Program-made: the position numbers and the translations under genes
Virus record (IMG/VR): IMGVR_UViG_3300030099_008323
Coordinates: 32,001-96,000 of that record
DNA: 64,000 nucleotides
From: a virus
Strand: one strand, 5' to 3'
Notes under the pieces: model-generated
Told to the model about the DNA's origin: nothing
Seen by the model: only the letters and a program-made list of their open reading frames with translations
Databases searched by the model: none
Shown: positions 46,401 through 56,600 of the stretch, one piece after another
Numbering within the stretch: the stretch's first letter is position 1
Layout: every line of letters begins with the position of its first letter

Positions 46401-47273
46401 AGGGCCATGTAAATGCACAGAGCCCTCCCAAATCTCTCCTCCAGGCATAAAAAAAGATTCTCTATTCTGCAACACATCCCCGGCATCAAAAACTATTTCA
46501 GAATTAACCGGGCCTTCAATGATATAATCTTCAAACTTACTAACACTATCATCGTTTATGTTGTTAAAATTTGCCTGAAGAAAATGAGGAACATGTAGTA
46601 AGCTGTAAAACATGAACCCTAATGATGAGCCTGCAATCTCAGGTGATACTATTGTATATCTGTATTCTATTGGTACTATATAATATGGCTTGCCCTTTCT
46701 AACCTCTTGCCTCACTTTCCCTTGAGAAATTGCACTTTGTAAATCTAAAGGTTGTTGGCCGCCGAAAGCAGTTGATGTAGCTATTTGAACTGGGGGAGGC
46801 AAAGCAAGATTTGAGGTGGCGCTAGCTAACAAACTATGCTTGCCTACATAGCCAACTTCAGGCGAAGAATCAATTCCAATTATTTTTGACATAGGCCCTC
46901 GTGGGAGCCAATTTTTACCTAATATAGCCCCTGCAACATATATGTTACCACCATCATCAGATCTTTTAATTGATAGTGGATCATTACTAGGCTTAAGTAC
47001 GTCGACGTTAACAACAGGCACAATTTGGACAAACAATGAATTGAACAAGCTACTTTTCTTGCCATCTGGGCCCGGAGGCGCGTATTGTCCAAGCCAAGAA
47101 GAGTGAACATTTGTAGCATTGGCTAACATTTCTAGATTTAAGGTAACAGTTATATTAGCTGTTTTTTGCTCAGTATTGTTGCCTACTATTACTTTTTCTC
47201 TGTCTAAAATAATCTTTCTGCAGTACACGTGCGGCAATAAACCTGCGCCCTCTATCATATCCAAGTACTTCAT
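43494..47273 (-). CDS. Large hypothetical virion protein
   Basis: About 1259 aa uninterrupted ORF in the baseplate cluster; Gln/Gly/Ser-rich C-terminal tail; no family recognised. Confidence 0.7.
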   Translation of the reverse strand: MKYLDMIEGAGLLPHVYCRKIILDREKVIVGNNTEQKTANITVTLNLEMLANATNVHSSWLGQYAPPGPDGKKSSLFNSLFVQIVPVVNVDVLKPSNDPLSIKRSDDGGNIYVAGAILGKNWLPRGPMSKIIGIDSSPEVGYVGKHSLLASATSNLALPPPVQIATSTAFGGQQPLDLQSAISQGKVRQEVRKGKPYYIVPIEYRYTIVSPEIAGSSLGFMFYSLLHVPHFLQANFNNINDDSVSKFEDYIIEGPVNSEIVFDAGDVLQNRESFFMPGGEIWEGSVHLHGPDNPDPSGYFGDGSFGYNRGWMVGQLHIPGASQPKLELVEYPNYKIDDFRGSLIPPTAPNVLGVVGRGDRSTLGPRPELQLKQIGKELGSYEKKTKKYFTRDNDDEYSKLYLTRDASGGTRGLFFIDFDNLLKNNSTLYSDLRRSVQGLMSDTVATKAQQPLWAPEVLSNSRLIELKVYRDRINEHTIGRNYKKFKDDTSYEEPSKLIAVIGDQNDYGTTTPSPQIHELSLSPGTTSKRFFSFSDLETKDISAGVYQYRVELHFKDGTYHFLNKFLHELKQARRKLDKYYNLSLSGVRSNKLVKNYRADLISKEHRKSFFKPYYNMIYRTFEPEFISEAQNVCKKNSDGLYIWETAIDNLNQCKLLLSDEFIDTQVNNTLASMINPEFGSPEGIELFIKFFDTAIKKIQTKTGANKQKPGGSDLTENNSSGQTNNLDELLSSPALTTIIEHHTFDNPRSLNRVDSTNTVFVDYLGDGLSTITNVNFFGLKNLSVEYFRARCQLDACKFTGLAKDNNSFANTNIGLLVPDTSYYNSVERIKEAQQSNFSGPDIRVIIDFSDNLSSTAYSYLTPSSLYYRDSSKRSALFFSSFANNSVSRVLSNNFDVLAPEYFFTDYDGLFAELVSYTITKKENKHSDVRNLNNPIMSKPSIGTYKGLLARLGITFHEKLIFNKFFDKEPGAVNGRIDGTVKRPFSDIYPLGADQYSDAAGYGEVEEQLTNYFGELNKNSSIVKIPTPDFAGVKSGYVEIKKRPNNFKMVKYMNNRINYGVGPEVNDILRSKLENPQENKSFIFFHYNMTVAVEVFTGFSYDAIPKEDNTHWRLLTNDDLIRVSSDPRIRLFCRLKFYKEKNIDGIDIPIINEYFTISDYSTPNHQQVIIPLELGFKSSVVSPASTALWRKQNQQHSIGNLTAQSQQVQENATQASPASGAPQIQLAPGQQLNQQGQGSSMSGGSQSIIVGGSGAGPYNG

Positions 47274-47275
47274 TG

Positions 47276-48265
47276 CTAACAAATCTCCCCAGGATAATCT
47301 GATTCATCTTCATAAATATCAAAAGTTCTATCTCTATCTCTTTGGGAGATTTCTTCACAAGTGGCAACGTCTTTTTCAGCAAACAATCCAGATCTAGTTT
47401 TGTTGTCTTTTACTACGTCATACTTACAGATAACTTCGTCTTCAATTTGATTATCGACTCTAATATCAAAATAATAGTCAGCATATTTAGGTCCTATCTC
47501 TGGACCTATATTCTCTAATATTTGAGAATTTGTAAAATTATCAGGAACAAACGAGAGAGTTCTAAGTGTCTCTGTTGTAACACCACTTTCTGTTGTCTCT
47601 TCTATTTCAAATATCTCTAGGTCAAAATTAAGTTTTTGATCCCGAGAATTAGCTTCTACAAATTTAATTAGTATAAAATTTTCATCTTCAGCTGCAGAAA
47701 TTATTGTTGACCCGCCTGAGAGGCCGGCTTCGTTAATATCTGTGACAGCCTGAGAATTACCAAATGTTTTTATTTCCATAACAGAATCAAGCTGAGGAAT
47801 ATCTAACACTATATTTGAACCTGTTATGTTTGCTGGTCCGGAGCCAACTATGGTCAATGTGTTTGATGAGCCAGTTATAGAACCTTGCAGAAAATTTACT
47901 CCCCATGCTGGAGCGTGTTTGGAGTTTAAATCCATTGTGCCGATCGGCTTTGGAAGTCTATAATTTTTTTCTGCACTTTTCTGCAAATTATCATATCTAT
48001 TTTCATCATAGTGATCAAATAGAAGTTCAAATTCTTTTTCTAGTGATGTAAAGCCAGTTTGTGTCTTCATAGTTTGTGTCTGTTTTATTCGCTCAATCGA
48101 TTCATTTTGCTCTTCAACTATGCCCGCCTTTCCTGAATCGTACATCACATTGTCATCGAAAAAAGAATAATATTTAGGTTTAAATTTACCCCTAGAAAGT
48201 AAATTTCTTCCAAATTGAGTTAATTTAAGTTCGATGACGTCTTGTTTTTTATTAAAATATTCCAT
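47276..48265 (-). CDS. Virion/baseplate protein sharing its N-terminal motif with 38751..39848
   Basis: MEYFNKKQDVIELKLTQFGRNLLSRGKFKPKYYSFFDDNVMYD. Confidence 0.65.
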   Translation of the reverse strand: MEYFNKKQDVIELKLTQFGRNLLSRGKFKPKYYSFFDDNVMYDSGKAGIVEEQNESIERIKQTQTMKTQTGFTSLEKEFELLFDHYDENRYDNLQKSAEKNYRLPKPIGTMDLNSKHAPAWGVNFLQGSITGSSNTLTIVGSGPANITGSNIVLDIPQLDSVMEIKTFGNSQAVTDINEAGLSGGSTIISAAEDENFILIKFVEANSRDQKLNFDLEIFEIEETTESGVTTETLRTLSFVPDNFTNSQILENIGPEIGPKYADYYFDIRVDNQIEDEVICKYDVVKDNKTRSGLFAEKDVATCEEISQRDRDRTFDIYEDESDYPGEIC

Positions 48266-48268
48266 TTT

Positions 48269-51200
48269 TTACATAGTAATTTCTATATCTAGCTTAATTG
48301 CCTCTATAAGAGAGAAGTAATCATATGGCCAGTTTGTTCCGTATACCTCGTGAGTAGATCTATTCTTGAGAGAATTATCAAATCTTGTCGGTAATTTTAA
48401 TTTTTTTCTGTCAGGGTCTTGGTCAATAAATCTTGATTTAATTGCCCGGGCGATTTGTCTATTTTTATAAGTATCGTAATTTTTTTCTGCTTTTTGTTTA
48501 AGTTTGAAAACCATAAATTTTAAATTCCTATAAAAATCTTTTACTGTCCAATCTGGTACCAAACCATTTTGTCTAGCATCACTAATTTCGTCTACCCAAT
48601 TTTGAGTAAATATCATTGGGCTCAAAAAATCTGCCAGATTTAGATTAGATAAGCTGCTTACAATCTCATCTCCATCACTATTTTTAAAAATTTGTGGTGA
48701 ATAGATGTTAGAATCTACAATCTCTAAAATTCGTCTAGGATTTGTCGCGGCTAAAGAGAGTTGTTTTTCCATACGCATACTTATATCTGGCATAACACCT
48801 TGATAGATATTTATTAAATCTTGCTTATGAAGTTTATGAGCAAAAGGAATTACAATCATCTGGAATGGGTCAATTGCTGCATTGTTTAAGAAATCAAATT
48901 CTGGTGGTAACTGAAAACCGCCAAGATTATTTTCAATACCCATCATCTTCTTTATCATGTGTCCACAATCTGTCATTGATGCATTATTATAACTTTTAGT
49001 TGATGACCCCCAAAGCTCTTTATAATCTAGTTGTGCTGGGTCATATAACTCGCGAGATAATAAGATGCTGTATATATTTTCAAATATTTGTTTATTAATT
49101 GGCAAAAAGTGTTTTCCAGGGATAATATGCCGTGTAGAATATATTTCTGACTCACTGTCAATTGGTTGAAAATTAATTGGCTGTTCAAAGTAAGGAATAA
49201 CAACAACTGCCTCAGATACAAGCTTTGAATGGGCTATTCTGCCTATCTCTACAGACTGCTCATCAAAAAGATTTATATCGCTCAACAAAGAACCTGTTGT
49301 TTGTATCTCGGCGCGGTGGGCTGTTCTTTCAGTAAAGAAATCTTTTCCATTGGCTGCGGAGAGTCTGGAGTCAACATTGTTGTCTTGACTAACTAAACGG
49401 CGATTTTCTAAAAAGACATCTTCAACTTTTAGAACAATTCCTTTTTCCATTGTTGTTGGATCTATGTTCAAGTTTTCATAAATGCTGTTCATTGCTGCAG
49501 CATCATACGGATCGGTGCCATATCCTGCCCATATTGATTTACCAGTCGATGCACTATGATACGGGTTTTCAAGCAACTTAAATTGTCGTCTTAAAGATAA
49601 ATTTGCCTGCTTCGAAGAAAATCCAGATATTCCAGAAGATCCGGCTTTTTCATTGTGAGTAAATTCTTCATAAGCTGATATAGAGGATGAAAAATCTAAA
49701 ACAGGGCACACCCACTTAGGATTAATATACCATACACTTTTTTCCGCGTCATTCTGGCCTAAAGTCTTAATTTGTACCGGATTGTTAAACACATCAACAC
49801 TAGCATCAATCTTCATCCTACCAGTTGTTATTTTCTGAGCCGATCCAGAAGTTGGAATGGTAATTGCTAGCTTGTTATCTAAGTCATATTCTTCTTTATA
49901 AAAAGATCCACTTCTTTCGTTACATTTAGAGAATATTGAAAACAAATCGTTTGTTGTTGTATCGGGCGTAAAGCTAAACACCATGCTGCTTTTTCCGTAG
50001 AAATATGGAGGTGTATATGTTTGATAAGCAGGATCTTGTAGATTATACATGTAGTATTTTTCTGAGTCTTGATAGTGTAATGAAAAAGTATCAATAGTGC
50101 CGTCATTCTTAAGAGAAGTAATTCTTTGGTTAGAGGTATCACCCACTGCGCCGACATCCACTATTTCAATTGGTGGGCCGTATAAATAACCCCTAAGAGA
50201 AGACGTAACATTGTGTGTTGTATTGGATGATGCCGGAATATGTAGTCCTGATTCTCTAGGACCCTCACACATAATTTGATCTTTGCCCATCTCTAATGAA
50301 ATTGCTGCATAATATGTTGAATCTAAGTCTGCTGCCAGTTCCGTGTCAATTGCATTTGAAAACAATATTGGCATCTTTACACCGGGCGTTTGATCGCTTA
50401 AGAAAAATTCCATTGTTTCTGCTAGGAAATTATGCATTGAGTCCTGGTATAAATTCTGTGTATTACCCTTCGTAGTTTTAGATATCTTTCTATTGTCCAT
50501 GTAAAAATGCACGTTGGGGGCATTATAACCATTTGTTACTATATTTGAATCTGGATTATCAGATTCCCTGTGTCTGTTTTGATCAAAATAGTCTGGCATC
50601 AGGAATGTTCTTATTGGATTTTCTTTCTTACCGGCGCTGAAATATGTCTTTAATTTGCCGACATCTCTTAGAAGCTCAAAATTAAATCTAGTAGTAAATC
50701 CACCACCAGAATTTTGAAGAAATGACTGCACAATACCAGGCAGAATCATTCTTGCGCCTTGGGCTTGAAAGCCGCCATATGGAATTGATCCTGTTACTTG
50801 TATATCTAAAGGCTGAAGTGCCACAGATGCAGTTAAAGTTGGTACGTAAAAGTTCATTGGGGAAAATGTTGTAGTGTTAACAGTGCCATCAGTCCTATTA
50901 ACATGATAATCAACAGCTATGCCAGACTTAATAGAGTTGTATAATACTCCTGGCGCCATTGTAGGCTCTAAAAGAGCTTGCAGCTTTGAATTAAGATCTA
51001 AATTAAGATCTGATTGCAACAAAGCCTCTTGCCCAAAACCATTTTTAAAGTAAGCGCCGATTTGCACAGTGCGCGTAACTGGGTAAAAACCATTATAAGG
51101 AAGTAGTTTTTTTAACCCTTTGCACCTAAAGGATATCTTTTGTGGTATTAAATCATCTCCAATAATTTTTGTGTCTAATAGTTTAGTAAAATCTGTTAAA

Positions 51201-53635
51201 TCATCAGTGTGTGCATATCTCTTTAAAAACTCAATTCCTTGTGGATCTCTCTTATAACTGTGTATGCCTTCTGTATTAGGAACTGCAAATCTTTGTCTTA
51301 CCGGATTTGATGTTAAAACCTGAGATAGAAAGCGGGCAGCTGCAGGGTTTAATTCTAGCTCTGGCGACCACTCATATAGTTCACTAGATGGCGCTAAGGA
51401 TTTATGCGATTCTGCGCCTCGGTATGGCCCAGAGCCAGTAACTCCACGGGCGCCTTCGAGCTTTAAGAAATCTAGCTTATGATATCTGAATGTTTCATTG
51501 TTAGAAAAATAGTCAGAAATATCTGCGCTAGCTGCTCTTAATATTCTAAACTTTTTAGATTTTTTGTCTTGTTTTTTATAATAAACAAGCGGTGAGGAAT
51601 TTTCATAATTGCTTATTAAGGGAGAGTAGTAGGAATAATGATCAGAGTCAGATATTCTAAATTCAGAAATTATTGAGTAGTCTTTTCCAACATATCTAAG
51701 ATCTTCGCCTATAAATGATTCATAAGAGTCATACATGGGGTTTCTACCGACAATCTTATGCGTCGCCCAAAATGGTGAATTATAGGGGTAGACATGCCTG
51801 TGGAGCTGTAAAGAAGCTGTTGTGTTTAAATAACCGTGTATCCCAAAAGATGAAGTGGTTGCTGATCTGCCGCGTCCGTCAACGTCATTTGCAGCAAAGT
51901 CTGGTTTTGTGTGTAGAGTATTTGAATCTGACGCCTGATGTCTTCTATAGAATATTGTAGGCTTCGTGCTATACACTAGCTCGCCAGCAGATCTTGTAAT
52001 AAGATTCATTGTGCCTGTTATAGCACTTAAAAAACTTTGACTTAAATGAAACAAGTGCTGCAAGCCGGCGAAGCCTTGATTGGCTGCGGATGAAGTCGCA
52101 GAATGAGGCGTTAAACCTATCATAACTCCATTACCACCACGAGAAGAAGTTAAATAATTTGGTCTGGTATAGACATCATCCCTAACGTCTAGAGGCCAAG
52201 TGCTCAATAATGTTATGGGATATGGCTGATAAGCATCAAGCTGCACCATACCGCTTCCTGTTGAAGCATTTCTAAACTGATCAAGGCCACCACTAAGGCA
52301 ATTAATTTGATTTGTTACAATTCCATTTACAATATATCTTATTACATGATCATCAGCACCAATATCAGTATGATTATCCATATAAGGCAAATTAACAATT
52401 GTGCCTGTCACTGCCATTGATGCGGTGCCGGCGGCAACAGCAATGCCGGAATAAAGTCCTGGAATTGAAAAACTTTGTGTCACTATTTGTGAATTAACTG
52501 CTATCTCTGGATCTCTTAGCCTAGATGATAAAGTAACTCCGCGCGATGATTGAGGATTTTCTTCATCTTGATTTGCCTTTCCTGGTACAGACGCACTTAT
52601 TGCGGCGGGTGGCTGAGAGTTTTTCCAAAAAGTTCTATACTGCTGTACATTATAGCTGGTCATGCCAAACTTCTCTGGGCTTGCACTACCATTGCTTAAT
52701 TGAGAGTTATTCTGCTCATATCTTGGTTTTTCAGTTGTAAATTTTCTGTAAGTATTAATAGCTCTTGGAAATATTGTTTGTGAATATTTAAAGTTTTGAG
52801 CCCCAAGCTCTCTAGCCAATTTAATAGTTTTTAAATGCTCATCTTTGTTTTGTATTGAGCCTGTAGTGGACGGATCTCCATCTGATAAATGCAGGCGATT
52901 GTTCAATTCATTATTAGAGAAATATAAGATCTCGTTGAAAAGTGTATGTTTGGCTTTAACACTGCCGATTTCATAAGTCAGCGGTTTATAATGTGAAATA
53001 ACAGATGGTTCATAAAAATGCCTAAGGTCTGGCTTTGTGGGTATGTCACCAAAAGATGTAGATTTTATAAGCTTGTGTCTTAAATCTGGATGTGGCTGTG
53101 GAAAATACTTATCGTGGTCATAATTTTTAATTGTTTTTTTTGGTTGACTGGCATCAATTGACATTGTATTATTAAGACGTAGATGTCTTGCAACAGGATG
53201 ATCGCCACCTCTAATTTGCTTCCACGATGGGTGTTGATATGGGCCATTCCTTCGATGAAGAAGCGTATTTAACAAAGATGCGGCGCCGATGGGATCTGTT
53301 GTTAATAATTCGTCGACAAGACCGCCTCGATAATTAAATTTTTTGTTGTTGACAACGACTTGTGATGGAAAACCTAAAACATTAGTTGCAACCAAAAAGT
53401 TGCTGGGATGATCTTGCCCTTGGCTTCTTAGCCCTGGATAGCCTTTATCTACATTACCGTGCGTACCAGATATTGGTTCATATACATTTGTATTGAGTCC
53501 GACAAAATCATTAGGTATGAATCCAGCGTTAGCTGATCCAGTTACACTCCGAACATTAAGCCTTACATTATTAGCTGCAACCCAGCTGCCTACTTCACTG
53601 GCTGTTAGAAAATTTAATGATCCGCTTATAGCCAT
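48269..53635 (-). CDS. Very large hypothetical virion protein (1788 aa)
   Basis: Uninterrupted ORF in the baseplate cluster, many [ST]GS motifs, ends LIEAIKLDIEITM; no family recognised. Confidence 0.7.
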   Translation of the reverse strand: MAISGSLNFLTASEVGSWVAANNVRLNVRSVTGSANAGFIPNDFVGLNTNVYEPISGTHGNVDKGYPGLRSQGQDHPSNFLVATNVLGFPSQVVVNNKKFNYRGGLVDELLTTDPIGAASLLNTLLHRRNGPYQHPSWKQIRGGDHPVARHLRLNNTMSIDASQPKKTIKNYDHDKYFPQPHPDLRHKLIKSTSFGDIPTKPDLRHFYEPSVISHYKPLTYEIGSVKAKHTLFNEILYFSNNELNNRLHLSDGDPSTTGSIQNKDEHLKTIKLARELGAQNFKYSQTIFPRAINTYRKFTTEKPRYEQNNSQLSNGSASPEKFGMTSYNVQQYRTFWKNSQPPAAISASVPGKANQDEENPQSSRGVTLSSRLRDPEIAVNSQIVTQSFSIPGLYSGIAVAAGTASMAVTGTIVNLPYMDNHTDIGADDHVIRYIVNGIVTNQINCLSGGLDQFRNASTGSGMVQLDAYQPYPITLLSTWPLDVRDDVYTRPNYLTSSRGGNGVMIGLTPHSATSSAANQGFAGLQHLFHLSQSFLSAITGTMNLITRSAGELVYSTKPTIFYRRHQASDSNTLHTKPDFAANDVDGRGRSATTSSFGIHGYLNTTASLQLHRHVYPYNSPFWATHKIVGRNPMYDSYESFIGEDLRYVGKDYSIISEFRISDSDHYSYYSPLISNYENSSPLVYYKKQDKKSKKFRILRAASADISDYFSNNETFRYHKLDFLKLEGARGVTGSGPYRGAESHKSLAPSSELYEWSPELELNPAAARFLSQVLTSNPVRQRFAVPNTEGIHSYKRDPQGIEFLKRYAHTDDLTDFTKLLDTKIIGDDLIPQKISFRCKGLKKLLPYNGFYPVTRTVQIGAYFKNGFGQEALLQSDLNLDLNSKLQALLEPTMAPGVLYNSIKSGIAVDYHVNRTDGTVNTTTFSPMNFYVPTLTASVALQPLDIQVTGSIPYGGFQAQGARMILPGIVQSFLQNSGGGFTTRFNFELLRDVGKLKTYFSAGKKENPIRTFLMPDYFDQNRHRESDNPDSNIVTNGYNAPNVHFYMDNRKISKTTKGNTQNLYQDSMHNFLAETMEFFLSDQTPGVKMPILFSNAIDTELAADLDSTYYAAISLEMGKDQIMCEGPRESGLHIPASSNTTHNVTSSLRGYLYGPPIEIVDVGAVGDTSNQRITSLKNDGTIDTFSLHYQDSEKYYMYNLQDPAYQTYTPPYFYGKSSMVFSFTPDTTTNDLFSIFSKCNERSGSFYKEEYDLDNKLAITIPTSGSAQKITTGRMKIDASVDVFNNPVQIKTLGQNDAEKSVWYINPKWVCPVLDFSSSISAYEEFTHNEKAGSSGISGFSSKQANLSLRRQFKLLENPYHSASTGKSIWAGYGTDPYDAAAMNSIYENLNIDPTTMEKGIVLKVEDVFLENRRLVSQDNNVDSRLSAANGKDFFTERTAHRAEIQTTGSLLSDINLFDEQSVEIGRIAHSKLVSEAVVVIPYFEQPINFQPIDSESEIYSTRHIIPGKHFLPINKQIFENIYSILLSRELYDPAQLDYKELWGSSTKSYNNASMTDCGHMIKKMMGIENNLGGFQLPPEFDFLNNAAIDPFQMIVIPFAHKLHKQDLINIYQGVMPDISMRMEKQLSLAATNPRRILEIVDSNIYSPQIFKNSDGDEIVSSLSNLNLADFLSPMIFTQNWVDEISDARQNGLVPDWTVKDFYRNLKFMVFKLKQKAEKNYDTYKNRQIARAIKSRFIDQDPDRKKLKLPTRFDNSLKNRSTHEVYGTNWPYDYFSLIEAIKLDIEITM

Positions 53636-53657
53636 TTTTTACCTCTTTCCTATCTTA

Positions 53658-53665
53658 TAAATAGA
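53658..53665 (-). promoter_or_regulatory. Putative late-promoter variant TCTATTTA
   Basis: One mismatch, 22 nt before ATG 53635. Confidence 0.5.
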
Positions 53666-53672
53666 TTATAAT

Positions 53673-56600
53673 CTAATTTAATGATGCTGTTATCCATCTT
53701 GTTTGATTCTCTGTTCGCGGTATCATATGAGAAACAAAAGCATTGTCAAATGAAGAAGCTGTTATAACTGTCATACCTGCAAAATCTGCAGAGGATCCTG
53801 AAAGTTCAAGCCTCTCTATATTATTTCTGTGATATTTATGCCTCGATGCATCACCAGATATAGCATAATCATCAGATCTAATTGTTCCGACGGCCTCACT
53901 ACCATATACCCTGGCAGTATTGGTACCATGAGAACTAACGCCATATCTTCCACTATGAGCTTGCAATTGTGAATTGAAAACTTTTCTAACCCAGTTATTT
54001 CTAAATGTCATTGCATTGTAAACAGAAAAAGTTTCATGTGCAACATCTAAAAAGCCACGAGACATAACTTCAAACCCACCTGGTGAGCTAAATTTTGTTT
54101 TAATTCTAGTTCTATTCCTTATACTGCCAGTTAGAAATGTCCTATCTAAAAGTGTGTAGTTAACACCAATGTCACCATCATCTAATCTTATACCAGAATT
54201 ATTGCGTCGTGGTGTGCTTCCATCGATTAGTGAAGCAACATTCAGCCTGTGTTCAATACTTGAAACATCTAAATTCAGACTTTCGGCAGTCGACCTTTTG
54301 ATTTTATCGGCGTTCTTAACGAACCATGGATCATTTGCCTCAGGACTAACTGTGCTAACATATTGATATCTATCTAAGAAATTACCAGCTTTTGTTGGTG
54401 AGGAAGACGTCATGTGTATATTTCTAATATTTACAGGTCTTTTCGCAAACTCTGGCCTCATATAGAACGCGCGCGGTCGATTATGATTATCGTGTGTGGC
54501 ATCAAATAACTTAAATGAGTTCCTCTCGATACCACCGTCGTCAGGACCTATATACAAATTTATATCTGCAATTGCACAGTCACCTAAGTGAAGAATTCCA
54601 GAAGTATATAAAAACCTTAAGTAAAATCTTTTACCTATAAATTTGTCTAAACCATTGCCAAATGCAGCATTCGCTGTTGTTGTCGCAACGCGCCAAGGGT
54701 CATCAGAAGCAGTTTGTTGTTGGCCACTAATTGATCCAATTGCGTTAAGTGTGGTGGCTGTCGTATTTCCAGCATACCAATAAATTGGCAAGTCAGTTAC
54801 GTTGTTATTAAAATCTACACTAGTACAAGCTTGCACTTTTAGAGTGCCTTGGCTTACGCCAAACATATGATATCTAAAAAACAAAAAGACATCATCATCC
54901 TCAGCCACATCAAGTAAATCAATTAGTGGAGTAACCAATCCAAACGTCTCACCTACTCTGTCGGGCAAAACCTCACAATATGCATAGCCAGCATTTGGTA
55001 CGTATCCTATTGATGGGCCGGTATGAATACTATCAGTTGAGCCGCTGAAGAAAGACCAACTGTTATCAGTGCCTAATCCATTTCTCCAATACTCTTCTTC
55101 CCCAGGGTCGCCGGCTGCGGATCCAGAGGGCAAGTTCAATACTGTCACATCTGTTGTTGCAGTATCAGTGGTATTTGCAAAAGGCTCGTAAACTAGACTA
55201 GAAGTCAATGATTCATTTAGAAAAGATTGTAAATGCCATCCTTCAGGTCTTGTTAGTTGTCCATCTAATTTATTTAAATTATTAGAGTTCTTAACAGAAT
55301 CGTGGATGTTTAAGCCAACATGGCGATGTTGCATACCACCAACATGCATCTCAGTAAAAGGGCCCTGAAGTGGTATCTCTGCATGGGGACCATATTTGTC
55401 ATCATGCATATTGGTAAAGTCTAGGTTTATCGCACTTGGGCTAAACTGAGCTATATATCCAGTGTTGAACGAAGATGAATAAATGCTAAAAGGTAACAAT
55501 AATGTACTTTTATAATCGTCTTCCTCTGCTACAAAGTCTGCACGTGGATTCTTTGCAAACATTGTGTAGGCTTTCATAATAAAGAGTTGTTTATTAATCT
55601 CAGGTGGAACGTTTTGATCTCGTATATCGATTTTCTTATTTTCATTATCTAAGTCTATGTAAATAAAGTCATCATCACTACCCCATTTAATCGCGTTCTT
55701 ATAAAAATCATGCACTTTATTATTGGTCGGATTAGAACCTGCCTTAAGGTTGTGAGATTTTCTGACAAAATAATTAGCCAAAGTACTCACAGACCTAACA
55801 CCGAAGAATGAAGATCCATATCTTGTGCCAGCAGCAGTCTTAAGAGTAGGCTCAGAGCTTGAGACTAGTGTTTGTGCTGTTTTCAAGAATATATTTCTAG
55901 CCTCATCAACGCCGGTAACTCCAGATGATAACTCTAGAACATCCCTTTCGGCTCTGTTTTTCCACCATGCTGCTCTAATATTTTGAGGCGCGGGAGATTG
56001 ACGCAGCGGTGGCTGCAGCACTTTATAACCTCTTGCTGCATGCTCCATCGCATCAGCATTACCTCTTATGTTGGCCCTTTCTGATCCATCCGGCTCTACA
56101 GTATGTGGTAAGTTTCCTATACCTTGAAGTGATGCTCCTAGATCTGGCGGCTTAAGAGAGAGAGTTGGAAACTTTGTCCAATACTTATTTCTTTCAAGCA
56201 CATGGCTTTCAACCATATTCCTAAGCATTTCAGATGTGTTAGAAGATGCGGGTATCAACTGAATAATCATTGCAGTTATAGCATCATCGATCCATTTATA
56301 GTATTCTATAAACTTGTCTAGATCTGGCTCATTCTGAACCTTGTCAAAGAAGATATCTCTAATTTTACCTAGTTTTTTGTATTCTTGCCTGTAGCGATTG
56401 ACTGGATCGCCAATCAAATTGTTAAAATCAACAATTGTCGAAAACATTCTGAGCATCTCATCAGATATTGTCTGATACATGCTCTTCTCAACGGATAGTA
56501 TATGCTGTACATACGTGGTATCTCTAGTGAAAACAACGTCATCTTGCTTGTTTAAGATCTGTACCATGTCATCACTATTGATAACCTCCGGTAAGTTCTG

